A stretch of DNA of 64,000 nt, from contig CAVQCI010000003.1 in the NCBI GenBank assembly GCA_963710985.1, forward strand, positions 682,959-746,958. The letters run 5' to 3'. Below the pieces are notes generated by a model, which made no database searches, had not been told where the DNA came from, and worked only from the letters and a program-made list of their open reading frames with translations. The position numbers and the translations under genes are program-made. This DNA is from an uncultured Actinomycetes bacterium. Its GTDB lineage: Bacteria > Actinomycetota > UBA4738 > HRBIN12. Positions 40,998 through 50,589 of this stretch are shown here, in pieces. Position 1 is the stretch's first letter; the number at the start of each line of letters is the position of its first letter.

Positions 40998-41797
40998 GGC
41001 CTGCCCGCGAGGGCGAAGGCGCCGTACCCGACGACGCGGTCGGCGTCTCCCGCGGTGTCGCCGGAAGTGCGGAGATCGAGCAGGGTGACGTCGAGGTCGC
41101 GTTGCCGCGCGAGCTCCACCGCGCCGCGGAGCGCGAACACGCCGCACGCGTCGTCGGTGCCGATCGCCCCGGGGTTCCTGGCGAGCACGGCGTCGGCCGT
41201 CCGGCGATCCTTCCGCCGGGCCGACTCCAGGGGCAGGTAGTGGCTGAGGTCGGTCGAGACCACCACGAGGTCGGCGGCGTCGCCGACGGCCGCGATCACG
41301 CCCGCGGCCTGCTCGGACGAGGACCAGCCGACCGCGACGGGTGCGATCCGGACGCCGGGTCCGAGCACGACCTGGAGCCACGGCAGCTGCACCTCGAGCG
41401 CGTGCTCGTCCAGGTGCGGTCCTTCGTCGATCGACGCTCCGGCATCCACGGCGACGACGCGCAGGTCCTCGTCGACCTCGACGTCACCGAGCGGGGTCCG
41501 CCACGCGCCCGCCCCGCTCACGGCGAGACCGTCGAGCGGTTCGAAATGCGACGGTCCGAACAGGGCGACGCTGCGGATCCGCTCCCACCAGGGGGTGAGG
41601 AGCCCGTACCCCGACGCCGCGACCGGTCCGGAGTAGCGGTAGCCGGCGTGCGGCACGATCAACGCGAACGGCGGGGCGTCGGACGGCGCCGCCGGCGCGC
41701 TCGCAGACAGCAGCGCTCGGACCTCTGCTTCCAGGTGCGCGGCGTCCTCGGGGTAGAAGGCCCCGCTCGCCGCGGGTCGGCGGATCAACGTCTTCAT
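40994..41797 (-). CDS. AmmeMemoRadiSam system protein B (Memo-like)
   Basis: ATG 41797 overlaps the radical-SAM stop (ATGA). Blocks: [48 protein letters not shown]. Confidence 0.8.
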   Translation of the reverse strand: MKTLIRRPAASGAFYPEDAAHLEAEVRALLSASAPAAPSDAPPFALIVPHAGYRYSGPVAASGYGLLTPWWERIRSVALFGPSHFEPLDGLAVSGAGAWRTPLGDVEVDEDLRVVAVDAGASIDEGPHLDEHALEVQLPWLQVVLGPGVRIAPVAVGWSSSEQAAGVIAAVGDAADLVVVSTDLSHYLPLESARRKDRRTADAVLARNPGAIGTDDACGVFALRGAVELARQRDLDVTLLDLRTSGDTAGDADRVVGYGAFALAGRP

Positions 41798-42885
41798 CGC
41801 ACGCCTCCCGTCATCTGCACGGGCAGCCGCCGCGACCCCCACGCGCCCGGCTCGGGTTCGAACACGCCGGCGCACGGTGTCCCGCACGCGGCGCACCGGC
41901 CGTGGGCATCGAGTCCCCAGGCGGTCAGGTCGTAGCCGTCGCGTCCGATCACGGCGGTCTCGCACCCGTGGCACCAGGTCGTCTGCCCGGCCGGGTCGTC
42001 CACGTTGCCCGTGTACGCGTAGCGGATCCCGTTCGCGAGCGCGATGTCGCGCGCGCGATGCAACGTCGAGCGAGGGGTCGGCGGGGGGTCGCGCATCTTC
42101 CAGTCGGGATGGAACGCGGTGAAGTGCACAGGGACGTCCGGCCCCAGCCGCTCGACGATCCATCCGGTCATCCGGTCGGTCTCGTCCGCGTCGTCGTTCT
42201 GCCCGGGGATCAGCAGGTTGGTCAGCTCGACCCAGACGTCGGTCTCGCGCACGAGGTACTCGATCGTCTCGAGCACCGGGGCCAGCGAGGCCGCGCAGAC
42301 CGACCGGTAGAAGCCCTCGGTGAACGCCTTCAGGTCGACGTTCGCGGCGTCCATGTGCCGGTAGAACTCTTCACGGGGCCCGGTGCAGACGTACCCGGCG
42401 GTGACCGCCACCGCGCGGATCCCGCGCGCGCGGCACGCGTCGGCTACGTCGATCGCGTACTCGTGGAAGATCACCGGGTCGTTGTAGGTGAAGGCCACGC
42501 TGCGGCAACCGAGCCGCTCGGCGGCCGCGGCGAGCTCCTCGGGAGACGCCGCGTCGGCGAGGGTGTCCATCTCGCGCGACTTGGAGATGTCCCAGTTCTG
42601 ACAGAACCGGCACGCCAGGTTGCACCCGGCGGTCCCGAACGAGAGCACCGACGTGCCGGGCAGGAAGTGGCTGAGCGGCTTCTTCTCGATCGGGTCGACA
42701 CAGAAGCCGCTCGAGCGGCCGTAGCTCGTGAGGACGATCGCGTCGTCTTCACGAGCGCGGACGAAGCAGAGCCCGCGCTGGCCCTCGTGCAGACGGCACC
42801 CGCGGGGGCACAGGTCGCACTGGACACGGCCGTCGTCCAACGCGTGCCACCACCGGGTCGGATGCGAACTCCCCGCGACCGACAT
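41794..42885 (-). CDS. AmmeMemoRadiSam system radical SAM enzyme
   Basis: ATG 42885 (Met 18 of ORF 41794..42936). Blocks: VQCDLCPRGCRL, VDPIEKKPLSHFLPG, CNLACRFCQNWDIS (CxxxCxxC). C-terminal Cys cluster CHGC...CAACGTPC. Confidence 0.85.
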   Translation of the reverse strand: MSVAGSSHPTRWWHALDDGRVQCDLCPRGCRLHEGQRGLCFVRAREDDAIVLTSYGRSSGFCVDPIEKKPLSHFLPGTSVLSFGTAGCNLACRFCQNWDISKSREMDTLADAASPEELAAAAERLGCRSVAFTYNDPVIFHEYAIDVADACRARGIRAVAVTAGYVCTGPREEFYRHMDAANVDLKAFTEGFYRSVCAASLAPVLETIEYLVRETDVWVELTNLLIPGQNDDADETDRMTGWIVERLGPDVPVHFTAFHPDWKMRDPPPTPRSTLHRARDIALANGIRYAYTGNVDDPAGQTTWCHGCETAVIGRDGYDLTAWGLDAHGRCAACGTPCAGVFEPEPGAWGSRRLPVQMTGGVR

Positions 42886-42961
42886 CGCCGACCTCCAGGC
42901 ACCATCTTGCGCCTCCACTGGTGCTCCCGGCCACACCCACGGTCGTTCGCCGCCGTTCGCG

Positions 42962-42967
42962 TAGCAT
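42962..42967 (+). promoter_or_regulatory. -10-like hexamer TAGCAT, 6 nt upstream of GTG 42974 (possible leaderless chrA)
   Basis: gcgTAGCATcccgagGTG. Confidence 0.3.
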
Positions 42968-42973
42968 CCCGAG

Positions 42974-44123
42974 GTGGTCGCGTCGCGGGGGGCCGAACGA
43001 CACCTCCGGGAGATCGCGCTCGCCTATCTCAAGCTCGGCGCGATCGGGTTCGGCGGCCCGGCCGCGCACGTGTCGCTGATGCGCCGCGAGTTCGTGGTCG
43101 CCCGGAAGTGGCTCGACGAGGACCGCTTCCTGGAGCTGTTCGGGGCGGCGAGCTTGATCCCCGGTCCGAGCTCCACCGAGCTCGGGATGATGATCGGGTA
43201 CCTGCGCGCCGGCTGGCCGGGACTCCTCGTGGCGGGGGTCTGCTTCATCGCCCCGGCGATGGCGATCGTGCTCGTGCTCGCCTGGTCCTACGTTCGGCTC
43301 GGCGCGCTTCCGCAGACCGGCTGGGTCCTGTACGGGATCAAGCCCGTGATCGTCGCGATCGTTACCGACGCGCTGTGGCAGCTCGGGCGCCGCGCGCTGA
43401 GGTCGTGGGCGCTCGCGGCGTTGGGCGCGGCCGTGCTCGTCCTGTACCTGGCGGGCGTCAACCTGTTGCTCCTGCTGTTCGGCGGGGCGCTGCTCGTGAC
43501 GGCCGCCCGCAACGCGAAGCGCCTCGGCCCCCGCCTGCACTCGCTCGCGCCGGCGTTGCCGCTCGGCGCCTTGTCGGTCGTGTCGAGCGGCGCCGCCACG
43601 CCGGCCTCGCTGTTCCTCGAGTTCGCGAAGCTCGGCGCGGTCGTGTTCGGCAGCGGGTACGTCCTGCTGGCGTTCCTCCGCGCCGACCTGGTGCAGCACC
43701 TGCACTGGCTGAGCGAACGGCAACTGTTGGACGCGGTCGCCGTCGGCCAGGTCACTCCCGGACCCGTGTTCACCACCGCCACGTTCATCGGCTACCTCGT
43801 CGACGGCCTCGCGGGCGCGTTCGTCGCGACGGCGGGTATCTTCCTGCCGGCCTTCATCCTGTCCGGCGTCGTCTACGGGCTGTTGCCGCGGATTCCGCCG
43901 TTCGGCGTGGGCGGCCGCGTTCCTCGAGGGGGTCACCGTCTGCGGTCTGGGGCTCATGGCGGGGGTCGCCGTGGAGTTTGGACGGGTGGCGATCGTCGAC
44001 GTGGCGAGTGCGGCGATCGCCCTCGTCGCCTTCGTGGTGCTGCGGCGGTTCGAGCCCAACTCCGCGTGGCTCGTGCTCGGGGGCGCTGCCGCGGGTCTGC
44101 TCGTGCGCGGTCTCGTCGGCTAG
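42974..44123 (+). pseudogene. chrA: Chromate transporter ChrA, one frame break near the 3' end
   Basis: Duplicated CHR domains (LKLGAIGFGGPAAH, LIPGPSSTE / AKLGAVVFGSGYVLL, VTPGPVFTTA) in ORF 42974..44176. The last ~75 aa (RRSAWAAAFLEGVTVCGLGLMAGVA...LLVRGLVG*) are in another frame with stop 44121-44123. Break ~43888-43900. Confidence 0.75.
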
Positions 44124-44219
44124 CGATCGGCCCAGCGGCGACCATCGGTCACCTGGGCGAGAACCCCCCTCGATAGACTCCGCCGCGGCGCACCTCCCCA
44201 CTCGCGCGAAGGCGGTCGG

Positions 44220-46640
44220 ATGAAGGATCGGTACCAGGTCGTCGTGATCGGCGGTGGGATCGTGGGGTGCAGCGTCCTGTACCACCTCACGCTTCGCGGG
44301 CTATCCGACGTTGCGCTCCTGGAGCGCGAGGAGCTCACCGCCGGCTCCACGTGGCACGCGGCCGGTGGGTTCCACGCGATCAACGCGGACACGCGGATCG
44401 CCGCGCTGCAGAAGTACACGATCTCGATGTACGAGCAGGTCGAGCGCGAGAGCGGCCAGAGCACGGGGCTGCACATGTCGGGCGGCCTCGAGCTCGCGGG
44501 CACGCCCGAGCGGTGGCGGTTGCTGAAGTCCGAGCTCGCCTGGCATCACATGATGGGCACCGACGCCTACCTCCTCACACCCGAGGAGGCGACGGCGATG
44601 GTCCCGATCATCGACCCGACCGGCCTCGAGGGCGCGCTGTTCGATCCGCACGAGGGCAACCTCGACCCGAACGGCGCCACGCGCGCTTACGCGATCGCGG
44701 CGAAGCGTCGCGGCGCCGAGCTGATCGAGCACGACCGCGTGCTCGCGCTCGCCCCCACGGCGAGCGGGGAGTGGCGCATCGAGACCGAGCAGGGCGCGAT
44801 CGTCGCCGAGCACGTGGTGAACGCGGCGGGCCTGTGGGCGCGCAGGGTCGGCCGGATGGTCGGCGTCGACCATCCGCTCGTGCCGATCGTGCACCACTAC
44901 CTCGTGACCGACGACGTGCCCGAGGTCGCCGCGATCGAGGGCGACATGGCCGCCGTCACCGACCTCGAGGGCTTCACATACCTGCAGCGCGAGGGCAACG
45001 GCGTCCTCATGGGCGTCTACGAACGCAACCCGCGCCATTGGAGCGTCGAGGGCGCTCCCTGGGACTTCGGCCGCCAGCTGTTCCCCGAGGAGCTCGAGCG
45101 GATCATGCCCGAGCTCTCGATCGGCTTCGCGCGGTTCCCCGTCCTGCAGGACGTCGGGATCAAGCGCTGGGTGAACGGCGCGTTCACGTTCACGCCCGAC
45201 GGCAACCCGCTCGTCGGACCGGTCGCCGGGCTCCCCGGCTACTGGGCCGCGTGCGGGGTCATGGCCGGGTTCTCCCAGGGGGCCGGCATCGGGCTCGCCC
45301 TGGCGAACTGGATCGTCGACGGCGACCCGGGCGAGGACGTCTTCGGGATGGACGTCGCGCGGTTCGGCTCCTACGCCTCGAACGACCGCTACCTGCGCGC
45401 GACCACCGCGCAGTTCTACGCCCGCCGGTTCCTGATCGCCTACCCGAACGAGGAGTTGCCCGCCGGGCGTCCGCTCAAGACCACGCCCTGCTACGACGAC
45501 TTCCGCGCGGCGGGCGCCGTCTTCGGTGAGGTCTACGGCCTCGAGGTCCCGCTGTACTTCGCGCCCGAGGGGTTCGTGGAAACCCCGACGCTCGGCCGCT
45601 CCGACGCCGAGCCCATCGTTGCCGAGGAGGTCGAGGCGGTCCGCACCGCCGCGGGCGCGTACGAGATCGCGGCGTATGCGCGCTACGAGGTGACCGGTCC
45701 CGGCGCGGAGGCGTGGCTCGACCGGCTCGTGGCCTCGCGCCTGCCCTCGCCCGGACGCCTGCGTCTTGCCCCGATGCTGAACGACGCCGGACGCTTGATG
45801 GGCGACCTGTCCGTGACGCGCCTGGACGAGGACCGGTTCTGGCTGATCGGCTCGTACTACCTCCAGGACTGGCACGAGCGCTGGTTCCGCTCGCACCTGC
45901 CGCCGTCCGGGGTCGCGCTCCGCAACGTGACCGACCGGTGGGCCGGCTTCTCCGTATCCGGCCCCGCATCGCGCGCGATCCTCGAGGCCCTCGTCCACGA
46001 CGACGTGTCGAACGATTCCTTCCCGTTCATGGCGGTCCGTCAGATGGACGTCGGCTCCGCGCAGGCGATCGTCGGCCGGCTCTCGCTCACCGGGGAGCTC
46101 GGCTACGAGATCGTGGTGCCGGCGAACGTGGAGCGCACGCTGCTCCGCGAGCTCCGCGAGGCCGGCGCCGAGCACGGCCTGCGCGCGATCGGGGATCGCG
46201 CGATCGACAGCCTCCGCCTGGAGAAGGGCTACGGGATCTGGAGCGCCGAGTTCACCCAGGCGTACACGCCGGGGATGTCCGGGCTCGACCGCTGGGTCGC
46301 CTTCGACAAAGCCGGGTTCGTCGGTCGCGAGGCAGCGCTCCGCGAACGTGAGGAGGGGCCGGCGCGTTGGCTCGTGCTGCTCGAGGTCGATGCGGCCGAC
46401 GCCGACGCCTCAACCGACGAGCCGATCTGGCTCGAGGGCCGGCTGGTCGGGTTCGTGACATCGGGCGCCTACGGTCACCACGTCGCCAAGAGCCTGGCGC
46501 TCGCCTACGTCGACGCGAACCTCGTCGAGGCGGCGCCCGAGCTCGCCGTCTCGGTCGTCGGGGACCCGAGGCCGGCGCGGATCTTGCCCGAGGTGCCGTA
46601 CGACCCGAAGGGCACGAAGCTCCGCGACACCACGGCCTGA
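44220..46640 (+). CDS. Dimethylglycine/sarcosine dehydrogenase-like FAD oxidoreductase fused to GcvT domain (second paralog)
   Basis: Intact 806-aa ORF. Blocks: VVVIGGGIVGCSVLYHL, GSTWHAAGG. GcvT-like C-terminal half (GRLSLTGELGYEIVVP, LRLEKGY). Confidence 0.8.
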   Translation: MKDRYQVVVIGGGIVGCSVLYHLTLRGLSDVALLEREELTAGSTWHAAGGFHAINADTRIAALQKYTISMYEQVERESGQSTGLHMSGGLELAGTPERWRLLKSELAWHHMMGTDAYLLTPEEATAMVPIIDPTGLEGALFDPHEGNLDPNGATRAYAIAAKRRGAELIEHDRVLALAPTASGEWRIETEQGAIVAEHVVNAAGLWARRVGRMVGVDHPLVPIVHHYLVTDDVPEVAAIEGDMAAVTDLEGFTYLQREGNGVLMGVYERNPRHWSVEGAPWDFGRQLFPEELERIMPELSIGFARFPVLQDVGIKRWVNGAFTFTPDGNPLVGPVAGLPGYWAACGVMAGFSQGAGIGLALANWIVDGDPGEDVFGMDVARFGSYASNDRYLRATTAQFYARRFLIAYPNEELPAGRPLKTTPCYDDFRAAGAVFGEVYGLEVPLYFAPEGFVETPTLGRSDAEPIVAEEVEAVRTAAGAYEIAAYARYEVTGPGAEAWLDRLVASRLPSPGRLRLAPMLNDAGRLMGDLSVTRLDEDRFWLIGSYYLQDWHERWFRSHLPPSGVALRNVTDRWAGFSVSGPASRAILEALVHDDVSNDSFPFMAVRQMDVGSAQAIVGRLSLTGELGYEIVVPANVERTLLRELREAGAEHGLRAIGDRAIDSLRLEKGYGIWSAEFTQAYTPGMSGLDRWVAFDKAGFVGREAALREREEGPARWLVLLEVDAADADASTDEPIWLEGRLVGFVTSGAYGHHVAKSLALAYVDANLVEAAPELAVSVVGDPRPARILPEVPYDPKGTKLRDTTA

Positions 46641-46720
46641 CCGCGACGGGCGGGCGGCCGGTGGATAGGGTAGATGCCTCGCGGACGACGTCCGCCCTGC
46701 CAGGCGCCTGCCCGAACCCG

Positions 46721-47821
46721 ATGCACATCCGTCGACACCCTGCGATCGCCCGTCCCCTCCGGGTCTGGGCCGCCGTCGTCGCCGGCGCGCTGGCGCTGCT
46801 GCTCGTCGCGCTCACCCTCGCGGGCGGCCCGCCTCCCGCGGCCGCGTTGCAGGGGATCGGCAGCAAGGGTCGATCCGTCTCCGGGTGGCTCCCGTGGTGG
46901 ACGATCGACGCCTCCACCGCGGACGCGGTCGCGCACGCGCACGCGCACGCGCTCTCGATCGCGAGCCCGTTCTGGTACGACCTGAGGGCACCGGGGCGGG
47001 TGACCGGGTTCACCGGCGCGGGGAACGCCGCCGTCGTTTCCTCCCTGCGTGGAACCGGCGCGCTCGTGTACCCGACCGTCGTCGAGTCGATGGGCGCTCC
47101 ACGGATCGTCACGGCGTTCGAGGACCCGGTCCAGCGCCGCCGGATGATCACGCGCCTCTCGAGGCTCGCGGCGCAGCACGGCTACGACGGGCTCGATCTC
47201 GACTTCGAGCGGATGGCCTCGACCGACACCGAGCAGCGCGCGGCACGGGTGGCCGCGGGCTACGTGCGGTTCGTCGGGCGGCTGGCGGCTCGACTGCACG
47301 CTCACGGGCGCGGCCTGTCGGTGACCGTGATGCCGAGGACGGCCGCCACGACCTGGCACCCGGGCATGTCCGCCGCGGTGTACGACTACGCGGGGCTCGG
47401 CGCGGCTGCCGACGTGTTCCGGGTGATGGCCTACGACCACCACTACAGCGGCGGCCCGCCCGGCCCGATCGCGCCGTTGCCGTGGGTGCGGGCCGTCATC
47501 GACTACACGACCTCCCACGTACGGGCGTCGAAGGTCGAGCTGGGGGTGCCCACGTACGGCTACGACTGGCCCGACGGCAAGCGCGGCACCTCCGTCACCT
47601 ACGCGGAGGCCCGCGCGCTGCACCGGAAGCACCATGTCGCGGTCTGGTGGAGCGCCACGAACGCCGAGAGCCACTTCACCTACCGCGCGAAGGGCGTGCG
47701 CCACCGCGTGTGGTTCGCCGACGGCCGTTCGATCCGGGTCCGCGCGCAGGTCGCCGAGAACGCCGGGCTGCGCGGGATCGTGCTGTGGACGCTCGGCGGC
47801 GAGCCGCGGTCCGCTTGGTGA
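46721..47821 (+). CDS. Glycoside hydrolase family 18 (chitinase/peptidoglycan-hydrolase-like) with N-terminal TM/signal
   Basis: ATG 46721. TM VWAAVVAGALALLLVALTL. Catalytic DxxDxDxE context YDGLDLDFE. Confidence 0.7.
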   Translation: MHIRRHPAIARPLRVWAAVVAGALALLLVALTLAGGPPPAAALQGIGSKGRSVSGWLPWWTIDASTADAVAHAHAHALSIASPFWYDLRAPGRVTGFTGAGNAAVVSSLRGTGALVYPTVVESMGAPRIVTAFEDPVQRRRMITRLSRLAAQHGYDGLDLDFERMASTDTEQRAARVAAGYVRFVGRLAARLHAHGRGLSVTVMPRTAATTWHPGMSAAVYDYAGLGAAADVFRVMAYDHHYSGGPPGPIAPLPWVRAVIDYTTSHVRASKVELGVPTYGYDWPDGKRGTSVTYAEARALHRKHHVAVWWSATNAESHFTYRAKGVRHRVWFADGRSIRVRAQVAENAGLRGIVLWTLGGEPRSAW

Positions 47822-47855
47822 TCCCACGCGAACGTCGGCTCCGGCACGTGGAGTC

Positions 47856-47884
47856 TTGACGCCGCCTCGGCCCGCCCCTATAAG
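47856..47884 (+). promoter_or_regulatory. Sigma-70-type promoter upstream of pcaH: TTGACG-N17-TATAAG
   Basis: ttgacg at 47856-47861, an exact 17-nt spacer, tataag at 47879-47884. This is the best canonical -35/-10 pair I found in the window. Confidence 0.45.
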
Positions 47885-47964
47885 GTGTCGGGTGTTCGCT
47901 GACGGACCGGTCGTTCGCATCGCGGACGCTTCGGCGGACGACCGTGGCGAGGAGGAGCCGTTCG

Positions 47965-48699
47965 ATGGCAGGTGAGCCCGGGGTCGGGCCCGACGAGGTG
48001 AAGGGTCCGGCGCACGACGACGACCCCCCCTACCTCTACCCCGACTACGTCGGCACGCGGCTGCGGGCCCCGAAGAACCCGCTGGTCGCGCTGCCTTCCC
48101 ACCTGACCGAGCTCTCCGGGCCACTGCTCGGCCAGAGCCGTGTCACCGGAACCGATCACGACCTGACCTCGCAGCACGAGGGCGAACCGCAGGGCCAGCG
48201 GATCATCGTCCACGGTCGCGTGCTCGGCGCCGACGGTCGCCCCGTACGGAACTCCCTCGTCGAGGTGTGGCAGGCCAACGCCGGCGGCCGCTACCGCCAC
48301 GACCTGGACTCGCATCCTGCGCCGCTGGACCCGAACTTCTCCGGCGCCGGCCGGTGCATGACCGATGACGAGGGCCGGTACCGGTTCGTCACGATCAAGC
48401 CGGGCTCCTACCCGTGGAAGAACCACGCGAACGCCTGGCGGCCGGCGCACATCCACTTCTCGCTGTTCGGCCGGAACTTCACCCAGCGGCTGGTCACGCA
48501 GATGTACTTCCCGGACGACCCGCTGTTCGGGCAGGACCCGATCTTCAACTCGATCCCCGATCCCGCGGTGCGGGAGCGGCTGATCTCGCGGTTCGACCTG
48601 TCCAAGACGGTCCCGGAGTGGGCGCTCGCGTTCGAGTGGGACGTGCGGCTCGGCGGCCGGTCCGCGACGCCGCTCGAGGAGGAGGACGACGACGCATGA
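47965..48699 (+). CDS. pcaH: Protocatechuate 3,4-dioxygenase beta subunit
   Basis: ATG 47965 lies 7 nt after GGAGGAG. Blocks: VEVWQANAGGRYRH, LDPNFSGAGRCMTD, RPAHIHFSLFG. The stop overlaps the pcaG ATG (ATGA). Confidence 0.85.
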   Translation: MAGEPGVGPDEVKGPAHDDDPPYLYPDYVGTRLRAPKNPLVALPSHLTELSGPLLGQSRVTGTDHDLTSQHEGEPQGQRIIVHGRVLGADGRPVRNSLVEVWQANAGGRYRHDLDSHPAPLDPNFSGAGRCMTDDEGRYRFVTIKPGSYPWKNHANAWRPAHIHFSLFGRNFTQRLVTQMYFPDDPLFGQDPIFNSIPDPAVRERLISRFDLSKTVPEWALAFEWDVRLGGRSATPLEEEDDDA

Positions 48700-49233
48700 G
48701 CGGACCCACCCCGTCGCAGACGATCGGGCCGTACTTCGCGATCGGCTTGCCCTATCCGGACGGTCACCTGGTCGTCCCGGAGGGCACGTCTGCCGGGATC
48801 TGGATCCGTGGGTCGAGTCCTGGACGGCGAGGGAGCCGGCGTCCCCGACGCGATGGTGGAGACGTGGCAGGCAGACCCCCGAGGCCGGTTCGCGCCACAC
48901 GCCGAGGGGTTCCGCGGGTTCGCCAGGGCCGCCGCCGACCCCCGGGGCGGCTACGCGATCCACACGCTGAAGCCCGGGCGCGTGCCGGCCTCCGACGGCA
49001 CGCTGCAGGCGCCACACGCCGACGTGTTCGTGTTCGCGCGAGGACTGCTCAAGCCGGTGGTGACGCGGATCTACTTCTCCGACGAGGCGGAGGTAAACGC
49101 GAGCGACCCGGTGCTCGCGAGCCTGACCGATCCCGCGGCCCGGGCGACGCTCGTCGCGCAGGCCACCGAGGGCGGATACCGGTTCGACATCCGACTGCAG
49201 GGCGAAGGTGAGACCGTCTTCTTCCACGTCTGA
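48696..49233 (+). pseudogene. pcaG: Protocatechuate 3,4-dioxygenase alpha subunit, one frame break
   Basis: MSGPTPSQTIGPYFAIGLPYP...GIWIRG (frame of ORF 48414..49211), then RVLDGEGAGVPDAMVETWQADPRGRF...PHADVFVFARGLL...GETVFFHV* (ORF 48808..49233). Break ~48808-48813. Confidence 0.8.
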
Positions 49234-50589
49234 GACCTCCGCGGGAGGGCTGTTCGGCCCGCTGCTCGCGCGCGGGCGCGCCGGCGGCGAGGTGAGCGAC
49301 GCCGCGTGGCTGCGGGCGATGCTCGACGTCGAGGCGGCGCTCGCCCGCGCCGAGGCGCGCGCCGGCGTGATCGCCGCCGAGGACGCCGCGGCGATCGGCG
49401 CCGCGTGCGATGCGCTGGACCTCGACCCCGACGCGCTCGGCCGGGCGTCCACCGCGAGCGGCAACCCGGTGGTTCCGCTCGTGCGCGCCCTGACCGGCGC
49501 CGTCCAGGGCCCCGCCGCCGGCGTCGTGCACCTCGGCGCCACGAGCCAGGACGTGCTGGACACCGCCGCGATGCTCGTCGCCCGCCGGGCGACCGCCCCG
49601 CTGCTGGACGACCTCGAGGCTGCCGGAGACGTCCTCGCCGGCCTCGCCGACACGCACCGTCGCACCCCGATCGTGGGGCGGACGCTGCTGCAGCAGGCGG
49701 CGCCCACCACGTTCGGCGCGAAGGCCGCGGGCTGGCTCGCGGGGCTGGACCAGGCCGCGGAGCGGCTCGCGCAGGTCCGCGGCGATCGGCTCGCCGTGCA
49801 GCTCGGGGGGGCGGTCGGCACGCTCGCGGCCCTCGGGGATCGCGGTCCCGCCGTGCTCGGGTTCTTGGCCGAGGAGCTCGCGCTCGCGGAGCCGGCCGTT
49901 CCCTGGCACACCGAGCGCACCCGGATCGCCGACCTCGCGGGGGCGCTCGCGTCGGTCGCCGGCGCGGTCGGCAAACCCGCGCGCGACATCGTGCTGCTCG
50001 CGCAGACCGAGGTGGACGAGGTCCGCGAGGCAGGTGAGGGCCGCGGCGGCTCCTCGACGCTGCCGAACAAGCGCAACCCGATCGCCGCGATCGCGGCGGT
50101 CGCGTGCGCCGAGCGCGCCCCGGGCTTGGCGACGACGCTGCTCTCCTCGATGCTCCAGGAGCACGAGCGCGCGGCAGGGGCCTGGCACGCGGAGTGGCTC
50201 GCCCTCGCTGAGCTGCTCTCGACGACGGGCGCCGCCGTGGCGTGGCTCCTCGACTGCCTCGGGCACCTGGCGGTCGACGAGGAGCGGATGCGCGCGAACC
50301 TGGCGCTCGGTGGCGGTCTGCTCTCTGCGGAGGCGTGGCGACCGCGCTCGCCGGCGCGATCGGCCGTCTGCCGGCGCACGACCTCGTGGCGCGGGCCGCG
50401 GCGGCCGCCGACTCCGACGGTCCGTTCGAGGACCGCCTGTGGGCGGCGCCGGCGGTGCAGGCGAACCTGACGAGAGAGCGTCTGGCCGAGCTGTTCGATC
50501 CGTCGGCGTCGCTCGGGAGCGCGGAGGCGTTCGTCGACCGGGCCCTCGCGGCTCACGAAGCCCGGCGTGGGGAGGCGGGCTCGCGATGA
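49208..50589 (+). pseudogene. pcaB: 3-carboxy-cis,cis-muconate cycloisomerase, one frame break
   Basis: Fumarate-lyase-superfamily blocks (GATSQDVLDTA, GGSSTLPNKRNP) in ORF 49208..50470. The C-terminus VATALAGAIGRLPAHDLV...AFVDRALAAHEAR continues in ORF 50242..50589. Break ~50333-50337. Confidence 0.8.

Noticed and set aside
41902-44223. 773-aa plus ORF spanning the radical-SAM gene (antisense) and chrA (out of frame)
   Set aside because: No coherent domain content. The region is explained by the radical-SAM gene on the minus strand and chrA in other plus frames.
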